Source: Christensenellales bacterium
Lineage (GTDB): Bacteria; Bacillota; Clostridia; Christensenellales; UBA1750
NCBI GenBank assembly: GCA_050942895.1
Contig: JBMNOE010000004.1
Coordinates: 97,064 to 161,063, forward strand
DNA length: 64,000 bases
Direction: 5' to 3'
A program made the position numbers and the translations under genes. Every line of letters starts with the position of its first letter. Position 1 is the stretch's first letter. Below, piece by piece: positions 44,661-55,300 of the stretch. The notes beneath the pieces were generated by a model that saw only the letters and a list, made by a program, of their open reading frames with translations, searched no databases and was not told where the DNA came from.

Positions 44661-46412
44661 ATGGGCACTTTCAAAAAGGTGCTGAGACTGTGCAAGCCTT
44701 ATACAAAAAATATCGGCCTGGGGATAATGTTTTTGTTATTCATGAACACGACCAGGCTGATCATGCCAAGACTGACGGGAAAGATAATCGACGATGTGAT
44801 AAAGGGCGGCGATTACGATATGCTCTATAAAATCGTCGCTATAATCCTGGTCATGGTCACAATAAGGGCGCTAAGCCATTACATGAGGAACATAAACTTT
44901 GAAAGGGCCTCCCAGGGCGTGGTGTATGACCTGCGGGTGGGGCTTTACGGCCATTTGCAGAAGATGCCCTTCGAGTTTTTCGACAAGAACAGGATAGGCG
45001 AGATCATGTCCAGAATGACGGGCGATATCGAGGGCATAAGAAACTTTGTTGCCGGCGGCATAAACCAGATATGCGAAAACTTCGTTTGGTTTTTTGGCTC
45101 TATGATATTTCTGTTTATGCTGGAATGGCGGCTGACCTTTGTAATTTTGGCCATATCTCCCTTTGTGGCATGGAGCGCCATGCGCTTTTCAAAATATGTG
45201 CGGCCTGCCCACAAGGCAATGCGGGAGCAAAATGCAGTCCTGAACACCCGCGCTCAGGAAAACATCGCCGGAATGAGAGTCGTCAAGGCCTTTGCCCGGG
45301 AGGACTATGAAAAAGAACTCTTTGACAAGGAAAACATGATGACCTATCAGATGCAGATGCGCTGGGTGACCCTTTGGGCCAAGTATTACCCGATAATGGA
45401 CGTGTTTGCAAGCCTGTGCATGCCGGCGGCGCTCATATTCGGCGGCTACATGGTGGTGGACGGAAGCATGACCCTGGGCGATCTGGTGGCATTCACCGGC
45501 TACATATGGATGATAAACTCCCCCATGCGCTCCGTGGGCAATATAATCAACATGCTTACCAACACCCTTACCTCTGCGGAGAAGCTGTTTTACTACCGCG
45601 AGCTTGGGCCCTCCATCCGCAACAGGCCCGGCTGCATATCCTCCGAGGATATAAAGGGTGAGGTGGAGTTTAAGAACGTCACATTCAGCTACGGTGACGA
45701 GAAGGTGCTGCACGATATCTCCTTCAAGGCAGAGGAGGGCGAAACCATCGCCATAATGGGCCTTACAGGCAGCGGAAAGACAAGCGTGGTAAACCTTATG
45801 GCGAGATTCTATGAAACTAATGTGGGCGAGGTGCTGATCGACGGCGTGGACGTGCGCAATTACGACCTGCACTCCCTTAGAAACAATATCGGCTATGTTG
45901 CCCAGGAGACATTCCTTTTCAGCGAGACCATAGCAAACAACATCGCCTTCGGCAGGCCGGGGGCGTCGATGGAGGCCATCGAGAAGGCGGCAAGGATTGC
46001 CCAGGCGCATGAGTTCATCACCCATATGCCCGATGGCTATGAGACAGTCGTCGGCGAGCGGGGCATGGGCCTTTCGGGCGGGCAAAAACAGCGGGTGGCC
46101 ATCGCCAGGGCGCTGCTTTACAACCCGCGCATTCTGGTGATGGACGACTCGACCTCCGCGGTGGACATGGAAACCGAGTTCGACATCCAAAATCAGCTCA
46201 GGAGCGAGATGGGCAAGCGCACCACATTTATAATCGCCCACAGGATATCCTCCGTGAAGGATGCCGACATGATTCTGGTGCTGGAGAACGGCAGGATAGC
46301 CGAGCGTGGAAGCCACGACGAGCTGATTGAACAGCAGGGGATATATTATGGCATGTTCAACGACCAGTACAGCGACTATGACAGAGCAAGGGCAGGTGTT
46401 ATGAATGGCTAG
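44661..46412 (+). CDS. ABC transporter ATP-binding protein/permease (type I exporter half-transporter)
   Basis: N-terminal 6-TM exporter domain, Walker A GLTGSGKTS, signature LSGGQKQR, Walker B ILVMDDSTSAVD. Overlaps the next half-transporter by 8 nt. Confidence 0.92.
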   Translation: MGTFKKVLRLCKPYTKNIGLGIMFLLFMNTTRLIMPRLTGKIIDDVIKGGDYDMLYKIVAIILVMVTIRALSHYMRNINFERASQGVVYDLRVGLYGHLQKMPFEFFDKNRIGEIMSRMTGDIEGIRNFVAGGINQICENFVWFFGSMIFLFMLEWRLTFVILAISPFVAWSAMRFSKYVRPAHKAMREQNAVLNTRAQENIAGMRVVKAFAREDYEKELFDKENMMTYQMQMRWVTLWAKYYPIMDVFASLCMPAALIFGGYMVVDGSMTLGDLVAFTGYIWMINSPMRSVGNIINMLTNTLTSAEKLFYYRELGPSIRNRPGCISSEDIKGEVEFKNVTFSYGDEKVLHDISFKAEEGETIAIMGLTGSGKTSVVNLMARFYETNVGEVLIDGVDVRNYDLHSLRNNIGYVAQETFLFSETIANNIAFGRPGASMEAIEKAARIAQAHEFITHMPDGYETVVGERGMGLSGGQKQRVAIARALLYNPRILVMDDSTSAVDMETEFDIQNQLRSEMGKRTTFIIAHRISSVKDADMILVLENGRIAERGSHDELIEQQGIYYGMFNDQYSDYDRARAGVMNG

Positions 46413-48198
46413 GCTGAGAGTTATAGACGATGAGGCATTAGAAAGACCGTTTAATAAGGACCAATTTTTCAGGCTCCTTAAATATCTGAAGCCGTACAAA
46501 TGGCGGATGCTTCTGTCGCTTTTGCTGATGATAATCGCCGCGGTGTCATCGCTTATGATACCGATGCTGATGTCAAAGGCAATAAACAATTCCCTGGAAA
46601 CCGGCGACATGCGCTACTTTCCCTTATATATAATCGGCATGGTTGTGATGAGCATAACGGGCGCCATATGCCTTCGCTACAGGGTCATAATAATGGATAC
46701 CCTGGGCCGGCGGGCAATTGCCCAGCTAAGGCAGGATCTGTTCGACCATATTCAGGGCCTGTCCTTCTCGTTTTTTGACTCAAGGTCGGCGGGGAAAATA
46801 ATGGTGAGGGTCATAAACGACGTCAACGCCCTGATAAACCTTTTTACCGACGGCATAGTCAACGTTATAATCGATTGCTTCAACATAGTTATCATTTTGA
46901 TACTTTTGCTTTCCATAAATGTCAAGATAACATTGATAGGCATGAGCGTTTTGCCTCTGATACTCTTTTTGATGCTGAAGCTAAAGCGGGTTATCCGCAA
47001 AAGATGGCAGACCGTGCGGATGAAAACCTCCACCATGAACGGCTATCTCCACGAGAGCCTTGCCGGCATGAGGGTGACAGAGTCCTTCGTGCGCGAGGAG
47101 GAAAACTTCGATATATTCAGCGAGACAAACGAGGATATAAAGCATTCGTGGATAAAAGCCATAAAGGTGAACAGCATCTTCTGGCCCAGTCTGGATTTAT
47201 TTTCGATGGTCAGTACAGTGCTTGTATACATATTCGGCGTGCGGTTCATGCAGGCGGAGGGCCTTCTTGTTGGAGATCTGATACTGATAATCAACTATCT
47301 GGGCCGCTTTTGGGATCCTTTAAACAGCCTTTCACAGTTCTACAACAACATGCTTTCGGCGATGGCATCCCTTGAGCGCATATATGAAATAATGGACACG
47401 CCGGCGGATATTGCCAGCAAGGAGAACGCGCCGGATTTGCCGCCCATAAAGGGCGAGGTGACATTCGACCATGTTTTCTTCAGCTACGATCCAGAAAAAG
47501 AAGTGCTGCATGATGTCAGCTTCACGGTAAAGCCGGGGCAGACTATCGCGCTGGTGGGGCCAACGGGGTCGGGCAAGTCCACGGTGGTAAACCTGATAAG
47601 CCGCTTTTACGACGCCACAGCCGGCCGCGTTCTTATCGACGGTCACGATGTCAAGGAAGTGGAGCTCAACTCAATGCGCAGGCAGATGAGCGTTATGATG
47701 CAGGATAGCTTCATTTTCTCAGGCACGGTAATGGACAACATCCGCTATGGCAGGCTGGACGCCACCGAGGAGGAGATCATCGAGGCGGCAAAGAGCGTAC
47801 ACGCCCATGACTTCATAATGGCGATGGAAAAGGGCTACCAAACCGAGGTGAACGAGCGCGGGTCAAGGCTCAGCGTTGGCCAAAGGCAGCTCATATCCTT
47901 TGCGAGGGCGCTGCTGAATGATCCCCGGATACTGATACTTGACGAGGCCACCTCCTCAATAGACACTAAGACCGAGAAGATCATCCAAAGCGCGCTGGAA
48001 AGGCTGCTGGTGGGGCGCACATCATTCGTTATCGCCCACAGATTATCCACCATCCGCAAGGCCGATTGCATTTTCGTCATAGAGGACGGGGGCATAAAGG
48101 AGTCCGGCACTCATGAGGAGCTGATAGCTTTGGGCGGCTTCTACGCCAATCTGGTCGAAGCTCAGTATAGATTCCTTTACGAGAAAAAGCCGGCTTAG
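46405..48198 (+). CDS. ABC transporter ATP-binding protein/permease (partner half-transporter)
   Basis: 6-TM domain, Walker A GPTGSGKST, signature LSVGQRQL, Walker B ILILDEATSSID. Heterodimer arrangement with 44661-46412. Confidence 0.92.
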   Translation: MARLRVIDDEALERPFNKDQFFRLLKYLKPYKWRMLLSLLLMIIAAVSSLMIPMLMSKAINNSLETGDMRYFPLYIIGMVVMSITGAICLRYRVIIMDTLGRRAIAQLRQDLFDHIQGLSFSFFDSRSAGKIMVRVINDVNALINLFTDGIVNVIIDCFNIVIILILLLSINVKITLIGMSVLPLILFLMLKLKRVIRKRWQTVRMKTSTMNGYLHESLAGMRVTESFVREEENFDIFSETNEDIKHSWIKAIKVNSIFWPSLDLFSMVSTVLVYIFGVRFMQAEGLLVGDLILIINYLGRFWDPLNSLSQFYNNMLSAMASLERIYEIMDTPADIASKENAPDLPPIKGEVTFDHVFFSYDPEKEVLHDVSFTVKPGQTIALVGPTGSGKSTVVNLISRFYDATAGRVLIDGHDVKEVELNSMRRQMSVMMQDSFIFSGTVMDNIRYGRLDATEEEIIEAAKSVHAHDFIMAMEKGYQTEVNERGSRLSVGQRQLISFARALLNDPRILILDEATSSIDTKTEKIIQSALERLLVGRTSFVIAHRLSTIRKADCIFVIEDGGIKESGTHEELIALGGFYANLVEAQYRFLYEKKPA

Positions 48199-48204
48199 CA
48201 GTTG

Positions 48205-48350
48205 GGGGTTGTGTTGGGGTTCCACCCCAGGCCCCGTCAGCTTTTAAAAAAGCTGGACCAAAACTCTATAGAACGCTTTTAAAATCTATGAGGGTGAAGG
48301 GGGATTCCTCGAACACCTTTGGGCGTAGGGCAGGAGCTCTGCGTCCTCTT
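48205..48350 (+). repeat. Intergenic hairpin repeat, copy B (longest)
   Basis: Core TCCACCCCAGGCCCCGTCAGCTTTTAAAAAAGCTGGACCAAAACTCTATAGAA (48221-48273), preceded by the TGGGGT-TCC-ACCCCA mini-hairpin. A second GC-rich module CCTTTGGGCGTAGGGCAGGAGCTCTGCGTCC lies at 48316-48346. Confidence 0.8.
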
Positions 48351-48546
48351 TTTTATTTAGCAAAATAAAGCGGCATAAGTGCAATACGGGGATGGGTATG
48401 CTATAATAAGTTTAGCAATTTACGAAGGAAATCGCGGGTAGGCGGGCCCGGAGGAAAGGCCGCCGACAAACAAGATATGAGAAGTTTATAAGCATCCGGT
48501 TGCGGGGAAAATAAGGGCGATATAAACCGAAGGGAAAGTAAAAAAG

Positions 48547-49662
48547 ATGCTCAGGCCGACATGGGTGGAAATCAATTTAGGCAAACTGCGCCATAATATG
48601 GGCGAAATTCGCTCGCAGCTCTCGCCCCAAACGAAGCTTTTGGCGGTGGTAAAGGCGGATGCATATGGCCATGGAATGGTTAAGATAGCTGAGCAGGCGC
48701 TTTTAAGCGGCGCAGACATGCTCTGCGTTGCTATGCCGGAAGAGGGCCAAAAACTTCGCCAAAGCGGCATAGATGCTCCGGTGATTGTACTGGGCGGCGT
48801 CACGCAGGAGGGCATGGAGGCGTCGGTGGAGCATGGGCTGATACAGACTGTTTATGACCGGGAATCGATAAGCTGGGCGCAAAAGGCCGCTGAAAGGCTG
48901 GGCTGCACGGCTTTTGTTGATATAAAGATTGACACGGGCATGAACCGCATCGGCATAAAGGGCGCGGCAGAAGCGAGAGAGCTTCTGGAAGCGCTTGCGA
49001 TATCGAAAAATGTGAAAGTTCATGGCGCATACACCCATTACGCCGTTTCCGAGGAGGATGACGACTTCACATGCGCTCAGTTTCAATGCTTTTTAAAAGC
49101 GGTGGAGCCGATAAAGGCGGCATATCCTGAAATTATGCTGCACAGCTCCAACAGTGCGGGGGTTTTTCTGCATGAATACCTGCATCTGGACGGAGTGCGA
49201 TGCGGGATCGTAATGTATGGCAGCGCGCCGGCTTTCGGCATGGAGGCCGGCCTGGAACCCATTTTGAGCTGGAAAACCCGGGTGATGCATGTGAAGGAAG
49301 TGGAAGCGGGCGAGTCCGTGGGCTATGGCAGGACATATTTCACCCGCGGGCGGACGAAAATTGCCACTTTGCCGGTGGGCTATGGCGACGGCTATATCCG
49401 CGCGCTAGGCAACAAGGCGCATGTGCTGCTGGGGGGCAGACCCGCAAAGGTGATCGGGCGGGTGTGCATGGATCAGATAATGGTGGATGTGACGGATATT
49501 GACGTGAAAAACGGCGACGAAGCCGTGCTGATCGGCAGACAGGGCGAAAATGAAATCACCCCTTGGGACATGGCGCTTTGGGCGGATACAATCCCCTATG
49601 AAATCACGCTGGCGATAACGCAGCGGGTTCCGAAGATATATATTGCGGAGGGGGAATCATGA
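48547..49662 (+). CDS. alr: Alanine racemase
   Basis: RPTWVEINLGKLRHN ... AVVKADAYGHG (PLP-lysine motif) ... VGYGDGY ... GRVCMDQ. Confidence 0.95.
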   Translation: MLRPTWVEINLGKLRHNMGEIRSQLSPQTKLLAVVKADAYGHGMVKIAEQALLSGADMLCVAMPEEGQKLRQSGIDAPVIVLGGVTQEGMEASVEHGLIQTVYDRESISWAQKAAERLGCTAFVDIKIDTGMNRIGIKGAAEARELLEALAISKNVKVHGAYTHYAVSEEDDDFTCAQFQCFLKAVEPIKAAYPEIMLHSSNSAGVFLHEYLHLDGVRCGIVMYGSAPAFGMEAGLEPILSWKTRVMHVKEVEAGESVGYGRTYFTRGRTKIATLPVGYGDGYIRALGNKAHVLLGGRPAKVIGRVCMDQIMVDVTDIDVKNGDEAVLIGRQGENEITPWDMALWADTIPYEITLAITQRVPKIYIAEGES

Positions 49663-50267
49663 AAATCTCGAAGATCAAGGCCGATATAAGAAAAAATATA
49701 AGGCAGCAAAGGGTTGATCTTTCCGCCGCTGAAAGGGAGCTTTTTTCTTGTAAGTTGGTTCAAAATGTGTTATCGTGGGAGATATATAAAAGGGCCGGGG
49801 CTGTGATGATATATTACCCCATGTCCGGAGAGATCGACCTGCTGGAGCTGACAAGAACCTCTGGGGGAAAGAGGTTTTTCATGCCCATAACCGGGGAGAA
49901 CTTTACCATGACGGTTGGTGAATATTCGGGCGGTGGGCTGATCCGCGGACTGATTCGCGGGAGTCATGGAATTTGGGAGCCGCAGGAAAGCTCCCACGAC
50001 GCCGATATCGACCTGGTGCTGGCGCCGGCTGTGGCCTGCGACAGGCTGGGTACAAGGCTAGGTCAGGGCGGCGGCTATTACGACCGGTTTTTGCGGCGTA
50101 TGAAAGAAAGTGGGAAAAGCGGGAAAAATGTCGTCTTTGCGGCGACAGTTTATGACTTTCAGATGATGGACATTTTGCCTGCGGAGCCCCACGATATGAA
50201 GATGGATTATGTGGTCACGCCATCGGGGATATTTTCGCCGCAAATGATGAAGCATGAAACTCGATGA
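49659..50267 (+). CDS. 5-formyltetrahydrofolate cyclo-ligase
   Basis: ATGA overlap with alr. IRKNIRQQR ... DLVLAPAVACDRLGTRLGQGGGYYDRFL is the characteristic C-terminal motif. Confidence 0.88.
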   Translation: MKISKIKADIRKNIRQQRVDLSAAERELFSCKLVQNVLSWEIYKRAGAVMIYYPMSGEIDLLELTRTSGGKRFFMPITGENFTMTVGEYSGGGLIRGLIRGSHGIWEPQESSHDADIDLVLAPAVACDRLGTRLGQGGGYYDRFLRRMKESGKSGKNVVFAATVYDFQMMDILPAEPHDMKMDYVVTPSGIFSPQMMKHETR

Positions 50268-50294
50268 TAATGAGCAAAGGAGCATGGGGGGAAT

Positions 50295-50933
50295 TTGATG
50301 AAAGTGTTTAACAAGCGCAATGTCTTGGACGCGCTGAAGGTAATCGGCGTGATGCTGGTCATAGTGATGCTCTGCTTTTTTATCGGCACTGCTTCGCTTT
50401 CAGGGGAGGGAGTATTTAACTGGATTCTGTTTGCGGCATTTTTGCTGGTATACTTCTTGTCTGGGTTCATAGACGGATCAGTTCGCGGCGAAGGCGAGTG
50501 CCGGCAGAGTGAAAGGCTGGAAAATCAGACGAAAAGAACCGGCATTCCGCTGGATGAGGACGAAATCGCCAGGAAGTTCAGCCCGAAAAAGGGAGCGTCG
50601 GTGGCGTTCATGGCGGCGATTCCGGGGATTGTGCTGTTTCTTTTGGCAGTGATAACCGCCGACGGAAACGATATTCTGCGGGCGGCCACGCGCATATATT
50701 TTACGCCTTATCTTAAGCTGTTCAGCGCTGGTGCTCAGCTATGGCAAGTGCTTCTGATATATTTTGCAGGAGCCGTGGTCTATCCGGCTTTGTATTTCGC
50801 CGGCTATATGAGCGGCCCCAGGCAGCATAGCAAGATAAAACAGATAATTAAGCAGAACGATGAGGACTACAAGAAGGGCATCAGGCGCAGGCGCCCAAAA
50901 CCCAAGAAGCGGCGCAGGAGTTTTTTTGGGTAA
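50295..50933 (+). CDS. Hypothetical membrane protein with highly basic C-terminal tail
   Basis: About 4 hydrophobic helices; tail KKGIRRRRPKPKKRRRSFFG; G-rich RBS upstream. No family recognised. Confidence 0.55.
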   Translation: MMKVFNKRNVLDALKVIGVMLVIVMLCFFIGTASLSGEGVFNWILFAAFLLVYFLSGFIDGSVRGEGECRQSERLENQTKRTGIPLDEDEIARKFSPKKGASVAFMAAIPGIVLFLLAVITADGNDILRAATRIYFTPYLKLFSAGAQLWQVLLIYFAGAVVYPALYFAGYMSGPRQHSKIKQIIKQNDEDYKKGIRRRRPKPKKRRRSFFG

Positions 50934-51180
50934 TTGAATAAATGAGCGCGAGATGAAAAAAACCGCCGGAAGATTTTACCGGCGGTAGGCCGGCAGCATT
51001 TGCCGGCTCTGGCATGGCCAGACAGAGTAGGAGGAGTGACCAACGAATATCGGTGCATTGCCCGATGCTGTTATTCTCTGCTTCCTGCCTATTTTTATGC
51101 ATAAAAATCAATTTATTTTCATTTCTCATGCTTTGATATCTGTTTATTTTTTTAAAATCTTTTATTTTTTGGAGGAACAA

Positions 51181-52281
51181 ATGAAGCTTGGTATCGTTGG
51201 CCTGCCCAATGTGGGCAAATCGACGCTGTTTAACGCGATCACTAAGGCGGGCGCAGAGGCCGCTAACTATCCCTTTTGCACCATAGAGCCGAACACGGGC
51301 GTTGTCGCAGTGCCAGACAAAAGGCTGGACAAGCTGACGGCCATATTTTCGTCGGCTAAGACTATCCCGGCGGCAATAGAGTTTGTGGATATCGCCGGCC
51401 TGGTCAAGGGCGCCAGCAGGGGAGAGGGCCTTGGCAATAAGTTCCTTTCGCATATACGGGAAGTGGATGCAATCGTCCATGTTGTGCGCTGCTTTGAGGA
51501 CGAAAACGTGGTGCATGTTGAGAAGGAAATCGGCCCAAGGCGGGATATCGAAACCATAAACATGGAGCTAATATATTCGGACATGGAGACCATCGGTAAA
51601 AGGATGGAAAGGGTTAAAAAGATTGCTCAGGCCGGAGACGCCGGCGCAAAGCTGGAGGCCTTGGTGATGGATAAGCTTATGGAGGCCTTGGACAAGGGCC
51701 TTCCCGCAAGGTCTGTGGAGTTTGAAAACCAAGAGCAGAAGGATTGCCTGAAAGGGTTGTTCTTGCTGACATCAAAGCCGGTTTTATATGCTGCGAATAT
51801 ATCGGAAAGTGATATCGCTTTTGGTGAAACTGATAATGATTTTGTACGGGAAGTGCGGCGCATCGCCATGGCGGAAAATTCTCAGGTTTTGGTGATAAGC
51901 GCCAAGGTGGAGGAGGAGATTTCTCAGCTTGAAGCAGAGGAAAAGGAAGCGTTCATCCGGGAACTGGGCATAGGAGAATCCGGCTTGGACAGGCTGGTCA
52001 AGGCCAGCTACGAGCTACTGGGCCTTATCAGCTTTTTGACGGCAGGGCCAAAGGAAACCCGTGCCTGGACCATCACAAAGGGAATGAGGGCGCCCCAGGC
52101 CGCAGGTAAAATTCACACCGACTTTGAGCGGGGGTTTATTCGCGCGGAGGTGGTTGCCTATGATGACCTTGCCAGAGAGGGCTCCATGAACTCATGCAAG
52201 GAAAAAGGCTGTGTTAGGGTGGAAGGGAAAGAGTATATCGTCAAGGATGGGGACGTGGTGCATTTTAGATTTAATGTATAG
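51181..52281 (+). CDS. ychF: Redox-regulated ATPase YchF
   Basis: Start set at ATG 51181 (MKLGIVGLPNVGKSTLFNAIT), with GGAGG upstream. NYPFCTIEPN, DIAGLVKGAS and a C-terminal TGS-like FIRAEV..GKEYIVKDGDVVHFRFNV. Confidence 0.95.
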   Translation: MKLGIVGLPNVGKSTLFNAITKAGAEAANYPFCTIEPNTGVVAVPDKRLDKLTAIFSSAKTIPAAIEFVDIAGLVKGASRGEGLGNKFLSHIREVDAIVHVVRCFEDENVVHVEKEIGPRRDIETINMELIYSDMETIGKRMERVKKIAQAGDAGAKLEALVMDKLMEALDKGLPARSVEFENQEQKDCLKGLFLLTSKPVLYAANISESDIAFGETDNDFVREVRRIAMAENSQVLVISAKVEEEISQLEAEEKEAFIRELGIGESGLDRLVKASYELLGLISFLTAGPKETRAWTITKGMRAPQAAGKIHTDFERGFIRAEVVAYDDLAREGSMNSCKEKGCVRVEGKEYIVKDGDVVHFRFNV

Positions 52282-52318
52282 TCAGGCCCCAGGCAGGGCC
52301 TTTGGGCAGGCCCTTAAA

Positions 52319-52347
52319 TTGACGCAGAGCTGTGGTTGTGCTATTAT
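52319..52347 (+). promoter_or_regulatory. Promoter of the 1199-aa protein gene
   Basis: TTGACG (52319-52324), 17-nt spacer, TATTAT (52342-52347). Confidence 0.55.
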
Positions 52348-52398
52348 TTAGACATACAAAAATTTACATATGCAGGTGCATAAAAGAAAGGCGGCAAT

Positions 52399-55300
52399 AT
52401 GGAAACCTTCAATTCGTCATTGCTTTTTTATGCGTCGGGGGCATCGTTTGACGCAGAGTATGCGAAGGGTGATCCTCACCACAGCTTTTTGAAGGATGTG
52501 CAAATAAAGGAAGGCGGCGCAAAAGACAAGTATTTTGAATGCGAAAACCGCCAGCTTCTGGCATGGCGCGCACCGGGAAACATATACGCAGCCAGGGGCA
52601 CCCTATCCTTCTTCTGGCGTTCCCGGTATCCCGTTGGGCCGACTGCCTTTCCGATATTTCGTGCGGGCTTTTCCGATCACTCCAGTTGGGATGCAGTTTG
52701 GCTAAGGATAGACTGGAACGGCGAGGGCTATGAGGCCTTCATAACCGACATCAACCTTTCAAGGGCCAGGGTTCGGCATACGCTGGGCGAAACTCCAAGG
52801 CCGGACATATGGTCGCATTTTGCCCTCGCCTGGGATGAGAACTGGGGGATAAAGTTCTACATCAACGGCGAAAAGGTGGCGGAGGAATACAGACCGGCGG
52901 TCTATTCCACCGGGCTTGACCAGTTCGGCCCCCATTCGCGGATAATCTCCCATTGGCAAGTGCAGAGCGATTACAACTTTATCCGTGGCGGTGATATCTG
53001 TGAGATCGCAATACATGACAGGATGCTCTGCTGCGAGGACATTTTAGCCCTGTCTGAATCTAGAATTCCTCCGCAGATTGAAGAATACAGCCTTGATATG
53101 AAGGATGACGAGACCCGAAAAGGCTGGCAGCTTCGCAGCGGGTTTGACGGCGATGTTCCGCAGATAGCAGACCAGGCGTCGGTTCGCAAGGTTGAGATCC
53201 ACGACGCATATGATCTGAAGCGCTGGTGGTGGAAGGGCTGCGACGGCATCCGCGAGACCACCTGGCCGGGGGTTTATGACCGCTCAAGGCTGAAGGGGCG
53301 AAACGACTATTTCCAGCTTCCCGACTGGGATTGCTACTCCCTTTCAGGCAAGGCCATCACATTTAGCGCCCCTGACGAGGAGTACAATCACATCGAGGTT
53401 TCCGGCTCCGCCTTCGGCAAACTGGAGCTGGTGGACGATGATGGCGGCGTGATAAAGCCGCTGTTTGAAAGGGCGCAGGGCATCGAGCGGTCGGTGAACG
53501 CAATCGAGCCTTTGAAGGGCGGCAAAATCCGCTTCACAAATGTGCTTAAAGAAGAACCGATAGGCGACTTTTCGCTATACAATGTCACCGAAGGCAAGGC
53601 TCCCGAGGGCGTTAAAAGGGTTTTCTACTCGCTTTTTGAGGGCTATAGCAAAAAAGCCGAGGCCCAGCACGAGCTGATAGCCTTCATAAAAGGCCGCTAT
53701 TTACCCTACGAGCGGAACATAATGACGGCGATTCCAGCGGGAGAAAGCCATAAAGAAAAAGAGTTCACGGGCCATGACAGCATCGGCGGCTATCCATTTG
53801 TAAACATTGTTATACCATATGAGGCGGATGACTCCGTGGGTCTTGACGGCGTTGAGCTGAAGCTGCCGAAGCTGCCCGATGATGTCAAAATCGCGGTGCA
53901 GATAAAGGATCCGCTGTGGTATTACAGGAATTTGGCGCATTTTGTGTTCAGCGCCAAGGCCGGTCAGGAAAAGACGGTCTGGTTTGACACCCGCGACAGG
54001 ATTCTGCCTGAAAACAAATGTCTGTATATGACGATCGCCTTCAGCGATGATGGCTACGGCGTTGACTTCTTGAAGGAAGCGACCGTTGGTCTGGTATATA
54101 AATCCGCGGAGGAAGCCAAAACCGAACATATTCTGGATAAGTTCACACAGGTCAGGGACATATACGGCCATATGACCGAGGAGCGCCCCTCTGTTCCGGA
54201 GCTAAACTGCTTCAACAGGGTGAAGGCGGACATTTTCGATCTGATGCGGGTTGACCCAAACCACAAGCCCGGCCAATATTACTTCTATGATTTTGTTGGA
54301 AGGCCGGCGCGGGGAAGGCCTGCGCTGGTTCCGGGGTACAGGCCGGATTATCAGACGGAGCCTGTGCCAAAGGGCGTTCCCGCCTGGGCGTTTAAGCAGG
54401 TGGAGATGCTCAAGCATTATAAATATATAGTCAACTACTATATAGACGAGAGGATGATCGAAAACGGGGAGCTGGGCGGCGGCCTTTCCGACGACGGCGA
54501 CTTCGTTGCTACCTGGTGCTATCTGGTGATGATGGGCTCCGACCCTGAAAAAGTCTATGACGCGATGGTGAAAAATACCGACGCCTTTTATAATCAGGGT
54601 CTTTTCACAAATGGTCTATGCTCCATTCAGGCCGACGAGCTGCATTCCTCCGAGGAGGGCATCGTCTCCGTGGCGGCTTGCATGATGGCCAACAACGGCG
54701 ACCCGAAGATGTTCGAGCGGGCCATGGAAAACGCCCGTCAACTGGGCTGGGTCACAGGCATCAACTGCGCGGGCCACAGGCATGTTAAGAGCACATATTT
54801 CTCCGGCTCAGTCATGGCCAGGGAAGAACCCTGGGGAGGTTCCCAGCCAGCGGTTTTCTCGGCTTTCTGCCCTTCCTGGATGGTCTCCCGCTTTAATGGA
54901 AATGAGAGGATAAGGGAGTATCTCAGGGAGCTGGCCGATGGCGTATTAGCCCACTATGACTATGAAAACAACAGGATAAACACATATATCCGCTTTGATG
55001 ACGACCAGATAGTGGGCACGGTTTTCAGAAACGACGGCAACAGGGCGATGTTGTTGGCGGCCACAGCCCAGACAGGCAACGAAAAGTACGCCTGGATGCT
55101 GCCTGAAAACCACAATATTGATGACCGCAGAACGCCGGGCGCGACGAAGCATCCCTGTCTGCCCTTAGATGAAAACGGCGTGCTGGACAAGGAAAAAATA
55201 GCTGAAAACTATGAGGCGCTCTGCTTCCACGCGGGAGTGAACCGCTACTATAACACACTGGGCAGCTGCTGGATTGACAGAGTTTACCTGCAGCAGGCCA

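Noticed and set aside
45189-46610. 473-aa minus-strand ORF
   Set aside because: It is antisense to the two ABC exporter genes, which carry clear Walker and signature motifs. It is a shadow ORF.
48399-48546. Possible riboswitch (e.g. ZTP/pfl, because a folate gene follows alr) in the ~130-nt alr leader
   Set aside because: The leader has an extended -10 (TGcTATAAT, 48399-48407) and a GC hairpin GGCGGGCC...GGCCGCC (48441-48464). It lacks the conserved pfl elements (ACUGGCG, GGGUGGA, 3' CCGCCUGGGC). I treat it as an ordinary structured leader unless a covariance-model scan says otherwise.
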